Both the position numbers and the translations under genes were made by a program. A DNA stretch of 64,000 nucleotides from Takakia lepidozioides (taxonomy: Eukaryota > Plantae > Bryophyta). The notes beneath the pieces are model-generated. The model did not search any database, had not been told where the DNA came from, and saw nothing but the letters and a program-made list of their open reading frames with translations. Shown here one piece after another: positions 25,036-37,889 of the stretch. The stretch spans positions 80,104,001 through 80,168,000 of the forward strand of contig CM060732.1 in assembly GCA_030704615.1 (NCBI GenBank). The letters run 5' to 3'. Position 1 is the stretch's first letter, and every line of letters starts with the position of its first letter.

Positions 25036-25850
25036 ATGGCACTGCAAGGAAGTTATTTCTTCCTTGCTTTAACTCTATCAACAGGGCTCCGTGTGTATAT
25101 GAAAGTCAGTGCACACGGAAGCTGGGAAGTTCTAGTAGATGCGGGAATAGCTGCTACGCATATTGCCATAACACACTATGACACAGCGATCATGCTTGAT
25201 CGGACAAATACCGCGGCCTCTTTCATCCATCTTCCAAATGGAACCTGTCGCGACGACCCGCAGGATCTTGTCCTCAAGCATGACTGCACCTGCACATTCT
25301 GTCATGTTCGAAACGAAGTCGAATACAGGTGCATTCAAACAGACACCTGGTGCTCGTCTGGGCATAGCATGGTGCAGACCGGAGGTGACTGTGACGGAAA
25401 CAAAAAGATAAGAAGGCTCACACCATGCCCAGCCAATGGCCAATGTGAGTGGGTTGAGTCCACAAACGAGAACCTGTTCGAGGGCAAGTGGTATTCAACC
25501 AACCAACTACTACCAAGAGGGACGCCAGATCCTGTGGGAGCGCAGTCTTCACTTATTATGAGTTTGTGCCCAAAAGAAGTGCAGGAGAAGGCTCGTTCCC
25601 TTTGCAGCTCCTGAAGAACACGAACGACGTCGAGAATGATAACTACTACTTAGTTACCCCTTCGTTCTCTTGTTGCCTGATGAAAATCTCTTTGTCTTTG
25701 TCAACAGGGACTCGGTTCTTCTCAACTATCACACCGGCGCAGTGCTGAAAACCTTCCCAACTATTCCTGGGGAGCCCCGGAACAACCCACACAGCAGGAT
25801 CGTCGGTTCTGTTGCCCTCCCAATATGGACAACATCATTCCACTGGCACT
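25036..25850 (+). pseudogene. Glyoxal/galactose oxidase-like (GLOX) pseudogene, N-terminal half
   Basis: Signal-peptide-like start, then GSWEVLVDAGIAATHIAITHYDTAIMLDRTN...LKHDC, TDTWCSSG, WYSTNQLLP, YEFVPK and LPDENLFVF...FPTIPGEPRN. These are spread over three frames (frameshifts and deletions). Confidence 0.88.
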
Positions 25851-27310
25851 AACCTCCTTTCCGACCATTGACGTTAAGTTTTGTAAACTTGTGAAGTATT
25901 GGCACTGAAAAGTGTGCAAAATGTCTCATGTAATGAGCTCAGAGTTGAATGTGAAGTGACTCTATGTTCGCTAACGACTTGTACTTTTGTTTTCAAACAT
26001 ATTACCACGCGGATTGCGCTTAATTTTTCCCTGTGAATCCCAACCCCATGATCTACTCCAAATTTGTTAGGGGCTGTTATGTCAAAAGAACTAATGCTAA
26101 AGTAGATTCCCCATTTATATATGGCATCTCCGTCTATTTACTAATACAATCTGACCAATCTACATGGCCAGTTTATTGCTTTCTTAGATCCGTGTACTAG
26201 TGCTTGCTGGGCAACGTCTGTTCTCTATGGTCATGTGCAGCAGACGCATCAGTGGATTCAGAGAGGCATACTCTCCCATATGCTGTCGTTTGTAGTCTGT
26301 CCCATCATCCATGAAAGCACTCATGGTCCAGGTAGGTGTTATATTGTAATAGGAATTTGCGAATTCACGTAGGTACGTAAACAGCTTGAAGTGGTGTGCA
26401 TAACTATATTATGGGCCAGGATCTATAAATGTTTCCTCAGCAACAACACATTTGAAGACTGCATAAGACCTTAAAGAATGGTGCACCCTCAAAGGGTCTA
26501 ACGATAATCCCCTTAACAATGAGTTGATCGAGCAAGCTGCTTGCAGTGCATGCTCATTATGGAAGGCAGTCAACAATGTCTCATTACATTTTCAGATACC
26601 AATAAATTGAACTATTATATTTCTACTTCAAAGAGGTGTTTTTATTAAAAAAATTAAATGGAAAGGCGAGCCTCAGGTGTAAATCGTACAAGGAAAACAT
26701 AACCTTGTGGGTGCCATAAGCTTATAAGGTAAAGGAAACTTCCAAGGAGCCACAATATGATGAAATCCAGTACAGCTTTATTTACATGAGGTATTTAGAA
26801 AAACCCCAAAACCTGGGAAATGACAAAGAAGGGAGGAAAGAGAAGCAAGCTAAACTAAGCTATTCAAACTGATCAGGCATCCCAACCTACTGCCTGAAGC
26901 CACACGGGCTGCACAACAACTAAAGGAGCTAACATCGACCACAAAGAGCTGCCAGAAAACCAGGGCCCACACCGGGCAAATACCCCACCAAAGACTCCCA
27001 GAGCGAGAACAAATAGCCAGTCTCTAGAAGGAAAATAATCAGGAAGCAGCTGAGGCCAAAGGCAACAGCCTATCCGTGCAGTGCTCACAACAATCCTGCG
27101 CTTTCTCTCCGATCCTCGTGAATCTCGACAAGGACCGACAGCCTCGACGAGAACAAACTCCCAAGGGGAGAGCAGAGAGCTAGCAGGACAGGCACGAACG
27201 AGCGTCCATTTACAGAATTCCTGTTTTTCACGACGATGACGCCAACTTATGTCATTGTCTAAATCCACATGTGAGATTGGAGACCCTCTAGCTGCAGTCG
27301 GGAATGCAAC

Positions 27311-28060
27311 TCAAAGTTGGAACATGTGCAGGTCGGCGGGATGTAAATACTTATCAAGTTCAGCCTGGGAGTTGAAGAGTATGGGTATATCCGGCAGCGA
27401 AGGTAAAGCTGTTGGTTCAAAAGCCCGGCCATGATCCGTGTTCCAAGTTGAATCAACCTCATCCTCATCATCTGACCATGCACCCTCAGTGGAGTAGCTC
27501 TGCATATTTACAGAAGCTTCACTTGTTGTCGGGCCGCCATCAAGATGCCAGTCATAGTCGGTTTGCGCAAATCCACACTCGGAGGATACCTTGATCGATG
27601 CATACGAAATTGTTTCAATATCAACTTCAGTGTCCTCATCACCTGACCATCCAATGATCACGGAAGCCTCAGCCTCCAGCTGCTTGGTGAAGTGGTGCAT
27701 GTTTATAGAAGCTTCACTTGTTGTAGGCCTATCACCAACAATCCAGTCATCTGTTTGGCCAAATCCACCCTGCAGCCGGTTCGCAGCCATAAAAGCTTTC
27801 GTTGAGGGTAGAAAAAAGGCCGACGAGGGTGCTACTTCAGACGCCCCACTAGAAACGGGATGACCAATGATCAGCTTCCTCTTCTTCGCAGACTTCACGA
27901 CAATCATATTTGCAGCTTCACTTGTTGTAGGTCCATCACCAACAATCCAGTCATTGCTTTGGCCAAATCCACCCTGCAGCAGGTTGGGAGCCATAAAAGG
28001 TTCCGTTGAGGGTCCAGAAAAGGCCGACTTCCTCTTCTTCGCAGACTTCCCGAAAATCAT
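27311..28060 (-). CDS. Orphan protein with three internal repeats (GFGQxDxW.xGDxPTTSEAxxNM) and two KSAKKRK NLS-like motifs
   Basis: The 286-aa track ORF probably starts at MIFGKSAKKRK (~28060). The repeats are visible at both DNA and protein level. No family recognised. Confidence 0.4.
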   Translation of the reverse strand: MIFGKSAKKRKSAFSGPSTEPFMAPNLLQGGFGQSNDWIVGDGPTTSEAANMIVVKSAKKRKLIIGHPVSSGASEVAPSSAFFLPSTKAFMAANRLQGGFGQTDDWIVGDRPTTSEASINMHHFTKQLEAEASVIIGWSGDEDTEVDIETISYASIKVSSECGFAQTDYDWHLDGGPTTSEASVNMQSYSTEGAWSDDEDEVDSTWNTDHGRAFEPTALPSLPDIPILFNSQAELDKYLHPADLHMFQL

Positions 28061-28669
28061 ATTTGCAGCGTGCAGTTCAGTATTGAAAGAGTGGAAGAGA
28101 AGAGGAGTAATTTGGACAGAAACTATAAAGTACTCTGGCTGCTCACGAAGTCTGATTCTGATGAAAACCACGCTAAATTCTTACACGAATCTCTATGAGG
28201 TGTGTATAGCGAGTGGCCACACACAAAAAGCCTCCTGCTTTTAGCTCCTGACAATCGCAGAAATGGATGCTGATGGAAATGACTTCAAATGCTAGCGAGC
28301 ACTTGTATGCGGGTAGCAGCAGATTCTTACAGCCACACTAGGAAAAGTCCTATCTGCATGTATCGGCAGCAGCCGTGGGAAACAGTGAATATATAGAGCG
28401 AGTCCTGCCCTTGAGAAAGCCGTTTATAATTAGAAGAGCGCCCAACTTTTTCCACTCTGAGTCAGGCCACAAAAAGTAAAAGTAAAAGCAAAGTAAGGGT
28501 AGTCTTTTCTCAACGATGAAATAATTCGTCACAGGTCGTTCATTTTCGTTCGTCATCTGACGCTTTTCTTTCTTTTATTTGTTTCTTAAAGGGAAACACC
28601 TGCCACCTGGGAGCGACAACTCACGAATCAGGCCCAGCGTTTCTTTTTTTGGAGATTTGGAAAACAGCA

Positions 28670-28900
28670 CGAGTGGCTACAGAGTTTTGCGTACATTCTG
28701 TTCATCCACTGAAATTAGGATAGAATCATCCACATCCGTACTTTAGTCTATCGTCCATACATGGAAAATTCATCCATTATTTATTTTTTATTTGGAGAAG
28801 TTTGGCGATTTCATGAAAAAACAGGGAATTTGCGACAGAATATCCCCCCCACCTTTTTTTCTTGGGTCGAAATCTGGCGAAAATTGGCCGATAAAAATAA
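28670..28900 (+). repeat. Dispersed repeat, second copy at ~56940-57130
   Basis: Both copies share gttcatcca.tgaa(a)attaggatagaatcatccac and atttggagaa.tttggcgatttcat. Confidence 0.65.
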
Positions 28901-31699
28901 TAAATGGACTCCGTCGAAATAAATAGACTGTTTCTGCTGGACGGAATAAATAGACTCCTTGTTTCTTTTCATGAGTCTGGTCTTCCTTCATGATCTTTCT
29001 TCATGATCCTCAGTATTTTCAGCATCTGTTGGTGTTCATCTTCAATATCATTATTGAGTTTTGATGAGGTACTGTTGTCTTCATTCATGATGTTGTATCC
29101 TTTTGCATCATGCTTTGTCTTTCTTCTCCACATCAGTCTGTTTCCAGCATACAAAAGGGGAGAGAGAGAGAGACTCAGTCATTGTTAGAGAGTGAGTCCC
29201 TTGCATGTGGTGGCTATGGCGCCTTCAGGGATGCCATTCAAATTAGGTAATAACCCCAAACACTTCGTGGTTTCCTTTTTGGGTACCTGTGTTGTATGTA
29301 TCCCGCCATTGGATACAGGCTCAGAATTATCTTTGGAACAATTGAGCAGAAACGAAGGTTCTCGGGGCAAAGAAGCAAGAAAACGCACAGCATCGTTGGA
29401 CAAGGCCGATAGTTCGTACATCTGCACGTAGGTGAACGATGGAGCATGGAACAGTGCTGGTCGGAGTTCTATAAAGATCCTTCGCAATGGTGGGACAGTA
29501 GCCTTGACCGAATTGTACCCCTAGTTGTTGAGTGAAGTTAGCAAAATCAAAAATCAAAAGTTCACGAGGCCAAAATCTTGTTTTGACTGGCATGGGAGCA
29601 ACAGTCAGTGGCAGCAAGCCAGGAATGCTTCATACCTTCCATAGAGTCTCTCGGATCAGTTCTTTTGAAAATACTACTGGCCTGGATATGATGGGCTATG
29701 TATCTACTGGACCTGACCACTGCCTATGGTTTGAGCTATGGTTCCTACTGTACAAGAATTTGCAAATCAGTCGCCCTTGGAAGAAGACAAAACTGTGTAA
29801 ACAAGTTGAGGAAGACTTAACAAAACCCTTCTTTGCTAACATCATATATTAAGAGGCTGTGTCCTCCACTTCAGAACGGAAGACGAAACTGGGAAAGGTT
29901 GTTGTAATGTCCCTGCATAGTAGAGATGACCAGATTATTGCTAGGCCTGTAGCAAGACCCACATTCTGGGGTATGATGGGGCAACTGCCAGAGAGGTGAA
30001 AAACTTTAACAGCAGGGTCCACACAAGTCAGTAATCATTTACCAAACCCAGATCAACGACTAGCTACCAACTAGACTGATTATACCTTTTATATTATCAC
30101 TTGGTTTACCATGTATAGAATTACTTACATATTCAGGAGATCACAGCATTTTGCTGTGAAAAAAATTGCTCTGAAAACATGGTCTGTGTTTACTCCATTT
30201 GCATGAAGTGTATAGCTCGAATAAACATTAACATGGACGACTCCATAGTGAAAGGAGAGACAGAGATACAGAGAGAGTACTTCAGGTAATGGAGTGTCAT
30301 GTTCTTCATGAGAGACGGGTGGTGCAACACCAAGTTACACCACTCCTCTTTGTCAATGCGACCGTCATTCTTTGTGTCAGCCTCTGCAAAGGTCTGTTTT
30401 CAACATGTTACCACAGCACAAACATTGTAAGACAATGAGTTCATGAAAAGGTTTATACCAATGGGAGAACCTTGTAAAAAACCTCAAGGAAAGACACAAG
30501 GAAAAGAAACAACGAAAACAAGGAAACCAGAAAGAATGATATCTCATCACTAAGAGAGTCAATCCAAGAGGAAGAAACAAATCAACTACATCACATATAA
30601 CAGTGACCAGCTACCTAACCCAACCCTGACTTCATCAGTTCCTGACTCCATCAGCAGGTAGGTGTGATATCGTAATAGCAATTCACGTAGTTCCGTGACT
30701 GTAATCTTCGACGTTGAAGATGAAACTCGACCCTACTGTACTGGCCCTGAGGCTGGTTTGTGCAGAGGCACAGACCGCTACTACTTAAGTTGCGTGCTTT
30801 CCAGCCGGTCCTTTGTATGCAGCATGGGGACCCAGTTATTTGTTTTTGGATTCGCTATGATCCAGTACTAGGCACCACAGAAACCTAGGAAAAACCTTTT
30901 CATGGGACGTGATGATGTTGGGGATTATGCAAGATGCTCCAGGTGCTCTTGTGTTGCTCAGCAGCACGGCTGCTTAACTTTTCTTGTCCTAGACATGGGT
31001 TGACGGCCTCTAGATTAGTGAGTCTCAAGCATCAATTCACTCATTTTTCAACCTTGTCAGTATACTCTCCAAGTTACTTCGGGTCCAATCTGCTTTACGG
31101 ACATCACTCTTTCTGCTTGAGAGCTGCTCGACCCATCACAATTACAAGTGTACAATTTGAGTAATTACTGCTGCTTCGAGCTCATTCACCAGGCTCCCAG
31201 GAGAAATTTTAGGCCTTCTCAAATCTTGATTACTTTCTTCTTCACAAGGTTGTGTAGCTTGACTATAGTTTCATAATGCACTTAGAATTCAGAAGCAAAC
31301 AACTTATTTGCAATCGGCTGCAAATATTGTCATACCAGAGTTGTGATCAGAGCCTCATCTTGACCGAACACTTCAGGCATTTTTACACCTTCTCTGAGCC
31401 ATTCAATCGAATGCATGAAGATGGTCACCAAATTTTCATCTCCTATTCCTTCCGACAACACAGGCCCGGCTTCCTACCTCAATGTTGTTGTCTTCACTCG
31501 CCATGAGAGGTTCAGCCTCCTCTACAGCAGATTGATTGAAATTGTAACATGAATCACCTCTTCCACATTTCACATTCCAACCCTTGAGCTAGCCAAGCTC
31601 AGCAGGTCCTCGGTGGCCCTCTCGATGTCATTGTCTAAATCCACACGGGTTCCAAAGATTTGGGGACCCTCCAGCAGTTGGGAATGCTGGTGGCCCAGA

Positions 31700-32460
31700 G
31701 TCCGAAAGTCTGGTGCGGAGAATGATACACCAAGCCCATGAGGAGTCGAAATAATTGATAATATCGAATCTCCTGCTTTCAGAACAACAGACAAAACTCC
31801 TCAAGCCTTATGCCCCGCAGTAATTAGATCAAAAAATATTATGAAGAATGGAAGGCACACCTGGAGGAGAGAGACAAGACACAATCACAGCAGCATTTCC
31901 CACAGATGCCAGAGAGTCAGAGTCCTGACGCAAGACCAGACCCCACATAAACTCCAATTGCTACCCTGGAAAATGTTGAGCAAATGAAGTCAATACAACC
32001 AAAATTAAACAATTTCCAGGCAAAGTAGCACTGTCGAATCTTATCGCAAATAAAAGAAGCAAAGAACACTAAAAAAGACAATGCTCCAAGGCCTCAGATA
32101 TGTTAGAGAAACCAGGAAGCAAGTCCTCCCATTTCCTCCGCCACTTAAGATTGGGTTGGTACGAAACCAGGGAGGGGAAATAACCGAGCTTAGCTAAATA
32201 GTTGAAGAATGGAACCCCCTGCCAAGACAACTCACCAAGGTTGAAACACGGACTAGAAAGAGGGAGAGGGGTGACTGTCCTACAAACATGTTCAGAGCAA
32301 CATCTGAGTTGGCAAGGAGACTTGCTCCAATGATTAATGATCAGATGGGGTTTGGGCTCCTAAGAACAGAAAAGCGATCTGTTGTTCTAAGTTGGAAGTA
32401 CAAGCTTCCATTACATTGTCTTGGTGGACCCAAGAGACAAAAACTAACTCCCAATTAAAA
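31700..32460 (-). mobile_element. Highly degenerate LINE (L1-like) ORF2 C-terminal fragment
   Basis: Minus-strand EALEHCLF*C and LWHLW resemble the zf-RVT and downstream LINE motifs. Many stop codons. Confidence 0.35.
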
Positions 32461-34362
32461 AGACATTATATGGAGGCGCATTTATGTTAAGCATTTCAAC
32501 TCTCACTCCACCGTTCATCTCATGGAAACACAGGTGAGAATGGTACTGTCTACTCGAGTATCTCTTTCTCTTTTCTTTTTTTTCAAGAGGGGACAGTATC
32601 TTCACGACCCCAGGTGTGGTCTTCCTTCATGATGTCGTACTATCTTTCTTTGTGATCCTAAGTCTATTTTCACCATGTGGTGTTGTTCATCTTCAATACC
32701 ATTTTTGTGTTTTGATGAGGTACTGTTGTCTTCATTGATGATGTTGTATCCTTTTTCATGATGCTTTGTCTTTCTTCACGACATCAGTCTGTTTTCAGTA
32801 TACAAATGGGGAGAGAGAGATAAAGAAGTGAAAGATCAAGAGAGTTGTATAAAATGGAGTAGGACAGGCACCCAAAAATCACACCTGATAACAAGAGCCC
32901 AGCAAAAGCCAAACACATGACAGTTGTATTATTTATGCGTGAGTATGACCAGAACTGTGACTTGACTAAGAGACCAGCCCTAGATATTTATGCAGCCTCA
33001 GTTTTCCCTACCTATAACTCTTCATAGCTAATACAATGACGCCGAGTGGGAAGCAGCATGTCACTATTGTAGGTATAAGGCATGTGAGTTGACATTCTTT
33101 GGAGTTTTAGAGAATGACTCGTACATTCCAGCTCTTACTAACTGGAGAGGTTTAGAAACCAACAAGGCAAAGCAAAGCATGTGGAGAAGTACTGCTTTCA
33201 GGCCCTCTGAATCCTTTTCGTCCACATGGTTGCTGACAATTGAGGGACTGTGTGGCAGACCTTAAGAAGGGATACAGCTCTACCAGCTGTATCAGTGTAT
33301 TGGTCAATGTTTGGAGAAGCTGACTGCACTATTCCTGCCACATTTGAGGTAAATGCCTAGGATGGGATGCTTTCGAGTGTTGTCCATTGGGAGCTCAGTC
33401 ATTATCAGAGATTCCATACACTACTCCAACACCCTGCTTTCACGACAATGGCCATTTTGCAGCCGTGACTCATTTGACTGAGTATATGACTACCGAGACA
33501 CGAAAGCCGAATTGCAGCTTGGCCTCCCCCATTATAGTGACCATCACAACTACACACTACAAAAATTGCAGGATCGATAAACGACTATGAAATATCAACT
33601 GATACGGCAGTGGCAAGACTGCCAAAAAACAACCAGCCTCTCCTTTTGGTGACATTTGGGGGACAGGAGGAGAGAGAGATGATTTGTCCTTGGAAATGAC
33701 AGAAGGAAAGAGACGTAAGAAATGCGGCAGCAAATGATGATTCACACCCATCCATGTACCTTGAAGCTGGATGATCATTTCCCATGTATAGAGGAGCCTC
33801 TGGTTGCAATCGTTTCTGGCATCGGGGTTGCAAGTACACGGACCAAGACATATCTTCCTGCCTCTTTCTCACTCACTGCAGCCTCTTCCCACGTTCTCCT
33901 GCACGTACATGCCTAATCCGTACCCAAGGCCCTGCTCCCGCTTCAGTCATGCGAGAGGCATCGTCGTGCAGCGGATTAAAGGGCTGTGCTGTGGAGCTGA
34001 AAGCGGCATCCTCCTTGGCATGTGCAGAGGGCGGAGTCTCTTGCATGTGGTGGCTATGGGGCCTTCAGGATGCCATTCAAATTAGATAATAACACGAAAC
34101 ACTCAGCGGTTTCTTTTATGGGTCCCTGTGTTGTATGTATCCCGCCGTTGGATCCAGGCTCGCAATTGCCTTTTGCACAATACAGCAGGAATGAAGGCGG
34201 AGCTCCCCTCCAAAGCCTCTATCCAGCACCCTAGATGCAATCAAGCAATGTTTAGAAAGCATCAGGCGTTTCCATCCTTTAACCTCAAGATAACTGCCTT
34301 TTGGACAAAGAAAGGTTAAGCCAAGAGAAACAATCTTTTGGGATGAGGCAGGTATAACAAAG

Positions 34363-36367
34363 TCAGTTGGATTGCGAAGAAGAGTGCCCTAGGATTGGAA
34401 TGGGAGGGCCACTCTTCTTACCAGGCAAAGGTGGCTGCCACTGATACAAGGTGGAAGGAGCTGACTTGGCAAAGTTAAAGTATCGTGTCCAATTGTATTG
34501 TTCACCAGCCTGCCGTCTTGTCTCAGCAGCAATGGTACGCTTGTGAGAGAGATGTGCAGTGGCACAACCGGCTGGCAATGAAGCAGAGTTGAGCTGCACC
34601 TTGTGGGGTGGGGAGCTGCCACCGGCAAGCCACATTATGTTTTCAACCACATCAATTTTGGCCCCTGCAGCACACATCCAATCCAAGCCCAACAGCAAGT
34701 TAGTGTAACCGACTTGCAACTGACCTTGATAGGGATGGTGACCAAACCTAGGGGCTCATAACGCGTGCCATCTACAATGGTCACCTGCAGACCTGTGGCT
34801 GGAGTGAGCTTGAGACCAAGTAGTCTAACCACTGACAATGGAACAGCAGACATGGTGCAAGTGCAGCCTGTGTCAACAACACATGGAAACGAGAGGTGCC
34901 CTATGTGACATTGAGTCATGAGAGGGTGAACTCTTTCCTTCCTAAGCTTCCTGTTTGCTTCACAATGCATCAATTTGAATTCATTGGACAACATCACAGA
35001 AACAACAGATTCACCTGTGGTAGGGTTTTTGGGATACTGACCGCTTGGCCCCTTTACAAGCGATCTACTTCGTGTAAAGGCTGTTTACCCTTCTGTTCAC
35101 GTTGGATTCGTTTGCATTCTTCAATCATACCAGGGACAAGATCGGCATAGGTGCAGAATCGGGTCCAATGCTCAAGTGACCCACAAATAAAACAGGCCGC
35201 ACGTTTACCTTTGACCTCATAGCGTGTGCCAATCTGGGTGTGGCCACGATGAGATTCAATAGGAGGAGGCTTGGCAGGTGCTACCTTCCAGGATCCTTCT
35301 GCTCTGATAGCCTGAAGTGAGTATGCAGCTCTTGCTGTAAGGTTTTTTAACCTCCTCCAGTAATGTGGGAGAGGCCTATGTAGAGCCACCCTTAACCATA
35401 GCAACCCCATGAGAACATTCGGAAGTGTTGAAGAGCAGAATGAGCGACAGGCAGACAGCTCTTGCCTAGTTTAGCATTTCTTAACCTCATGCGCTCATCC
35501 ATCATCTCTACCATATGCCTTTCATTCCGATAAGGATGCTTTTGCAAGTAGACCTGATCTGAGGCAGGTAAACCAGTAATGAAGTAGGTTTTAAGTATTC
35601 AAAGGGTACCGGAATGGCCTTCACGACCGTAGTTTTCAAGTCAGTGTAGTATTTCCAGATACTCTCACCAGGTTGATAGGGGCGATCGGGCATGGTGTAG
35701 TTGATGGGTGTGTCTGCACGAAACAATTGAGCGCCAATTGCTTGGCCACTCTCCATCGCAACTCACCCTGATCCTTGATACTAGCTTCAAAAAGGTCACA
35801 AGCCTCACCTTTGAGACAAAAACGAAACAAATCAGTGATCATGGAAGCTAGCAGCTCATTGAATTTTACACTCATCTCAAAAAAATTGAGGAAGTTGTCA
35901 AAGTCTTGGCCTACCTCATAGTCAGGATAAGGCCACTTGTGAGCACGATGCACCTCCTTGGGCTTGGTGACAGAGGACGAACCTACTTGCTTATACAAAA
36001 AGAGCTGCATGAGAGGAGGACAACTAGACAACGTAGCCATAGCATCACAAATGCCCTGAATATTGAGGTTAGGCACATTATCAGAAGCTGAAGTGACCCC
36101 TTGGGTAGGATTGGCATTACCATCTGGCCATTGCTCCTCAAGAGACAAGGTTTCAGACATCGGCTCAGGAAGAGTGTCACCATCAACTTTCACATCATCA
36201 GTAAGATCTACATCATCCAAGTCACCTAACATATTCCCTCCTTGCTCCCTGCCAGATCGAGTAGTGACAGGCATTGTAGTTCGTTTGGCAAAAACAAAGT
36301 TGTTACCTTCTGCCTGAGGATCGTGCAGGCCGCAATTTGGACTCCCAGTCTTTAATGCAATAGCCAC
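34363..36367 (-). mobile_element. Ty3/Gypsy-type gag-protease remnant without RT
   Basis: FRFCLKGEACDLF (gag), YQPGESIWKYY, CCHC knuckle CFICGSLEHWTRFC, and aspartic protease VVDTG...LLLGLDWM. The reading is frameshifted. Confidence 0.8.
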
Positions 36368-37889
36368 TTATGAACTTGTGTTTGTGAAGCATGTAAACAC
36401 CTTTACCCAAAAAGTGCCATAGTTCCTCGTCTACTTTGAGCCAGAAAGCCACTCGAACAATGAGTCGGATGAGCTTCTCCTTGGCAAGCAGGGTGTGCAC
36501 GGGGTAATCAGTGACAGGAATTCCAGGTAGGTAGTAACCCAATCGTTAAACCCTAAACATAATAGCAGGGAAAATCAAGATAGCATGCACAGTATGAGGG
36601 AAGCGAGAGACAGGAATGCCTGCAACATGGTCTTCCTAGGTTGTGTCCACATTGTAGTCAGGTTTCCAAGTGGGCCTCAGATTGGCCAAGACAAGAGAAG
36701 TGCCACCTTTCACCAGCTCCCACAGACGATGCGGAATGGGCAAATTGGGCGGAAGGAAGTTCTCGCACTCTCCAGAAACCTCCCTCCCCAAACTGTGAAC
36801 TGCGGACCACCAACTTCAGTCCACGAGAGCCGTCAGCCCTTCCATAGTTTGTCTTTGGCCTCAGTTAATGGAAGCCTACGCGCTATCTCCGCAGCAAAAA
36901 GACACTGCAGGGCTTTGGCCGCTCTGGCCCTTTCAAACGCTTGGATGCATTCCGGAGCATGGGTGGGCTTAAGACCCTCCAATGCAGCGGTTAACTCATA
37001 CTGAGCCACCCAGTGATCAGAAGGGGTGTCTAGGACCAATTCAACCGGAGCACCAAGTGGCGGATAATCGACTTCAACCACCAGGCTAGGATCCCACCGA
37101 AGTACGCACAATGCTGGAAAAAATAGACTCAAAATGAGCGGGGGTTTCTTTGTACGCGGTAAGCTCAACTTCAGTCTAAGGATTAGAAGACGAGGCCATC
37201 GTTGCAAGTCACAGAACACTACCGCAAAAAGGAGGGGTTAGTGACGGCAGCCACGCACCCCCGCCCCGCGCGGCGCTGAGCGTGCGACAACCGTAGCTAG
37301 AGTCGGCCATCAGCGCAACGCCCTTGCGTGGGTTTCCTCGACGCGCTGGCGTTTGCTTTCTTTATATTCAATCAAAAAATGAAACACGTGCTCAGGCAGG
37401 GTGGTGGGATCCGCGACGCCAGTGGCGTCGCGGCTTGCGAACCCCTAGACCAAAAAACACACATCGCAAGGAGGGTCGGCGTGCTTGCCGCCTGCCTGCA
37501 AAAGGGATTTGCGACATCCCCCGCTTCGTCGGGGCTTGCGACCCCCGCCCAAAAACACGTCGCCAATTCCAACGCCCCCCTACAGTCGCGAGGGCCAGCC
37601 TGGTTGGAAGAGGGTTGGGGGTTTTTTTTTGTGGTTACTTGAGGTTGGTTTTTTTTTTTTGTCTGGGTTGTTTTTTGTTTATTTGAGATTACATACATAC
37701 CTTACAGCTTCCATTTCTTTGATTTTCGCAGGTACAACAATTGAGCAAGCATGAATCGAGGGTAAGGACGGTGCGACACATGAATAAGATGGAAGATGGA
37801 AAATGGAAATATATTATACAAGAAATGAGCTGTAAAGCTCACAGGGTTCAGTAGGCTAACCCTGGGACCCTACATGGACTATTACTAGT

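Larger units (their letters stand above)
26329..34200. repeat. Degenerate tandem segmental duplication (26329-29370 vs 30656-34200)
   Basis: Colinear matching blocks: 26329-26380/30656-30700, 27250-27310/31625-31690, 28970-29170/32610-32820, 29175-29191/33395-33411 and 29200-29367/34040-34197. Confidence 0.75.
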
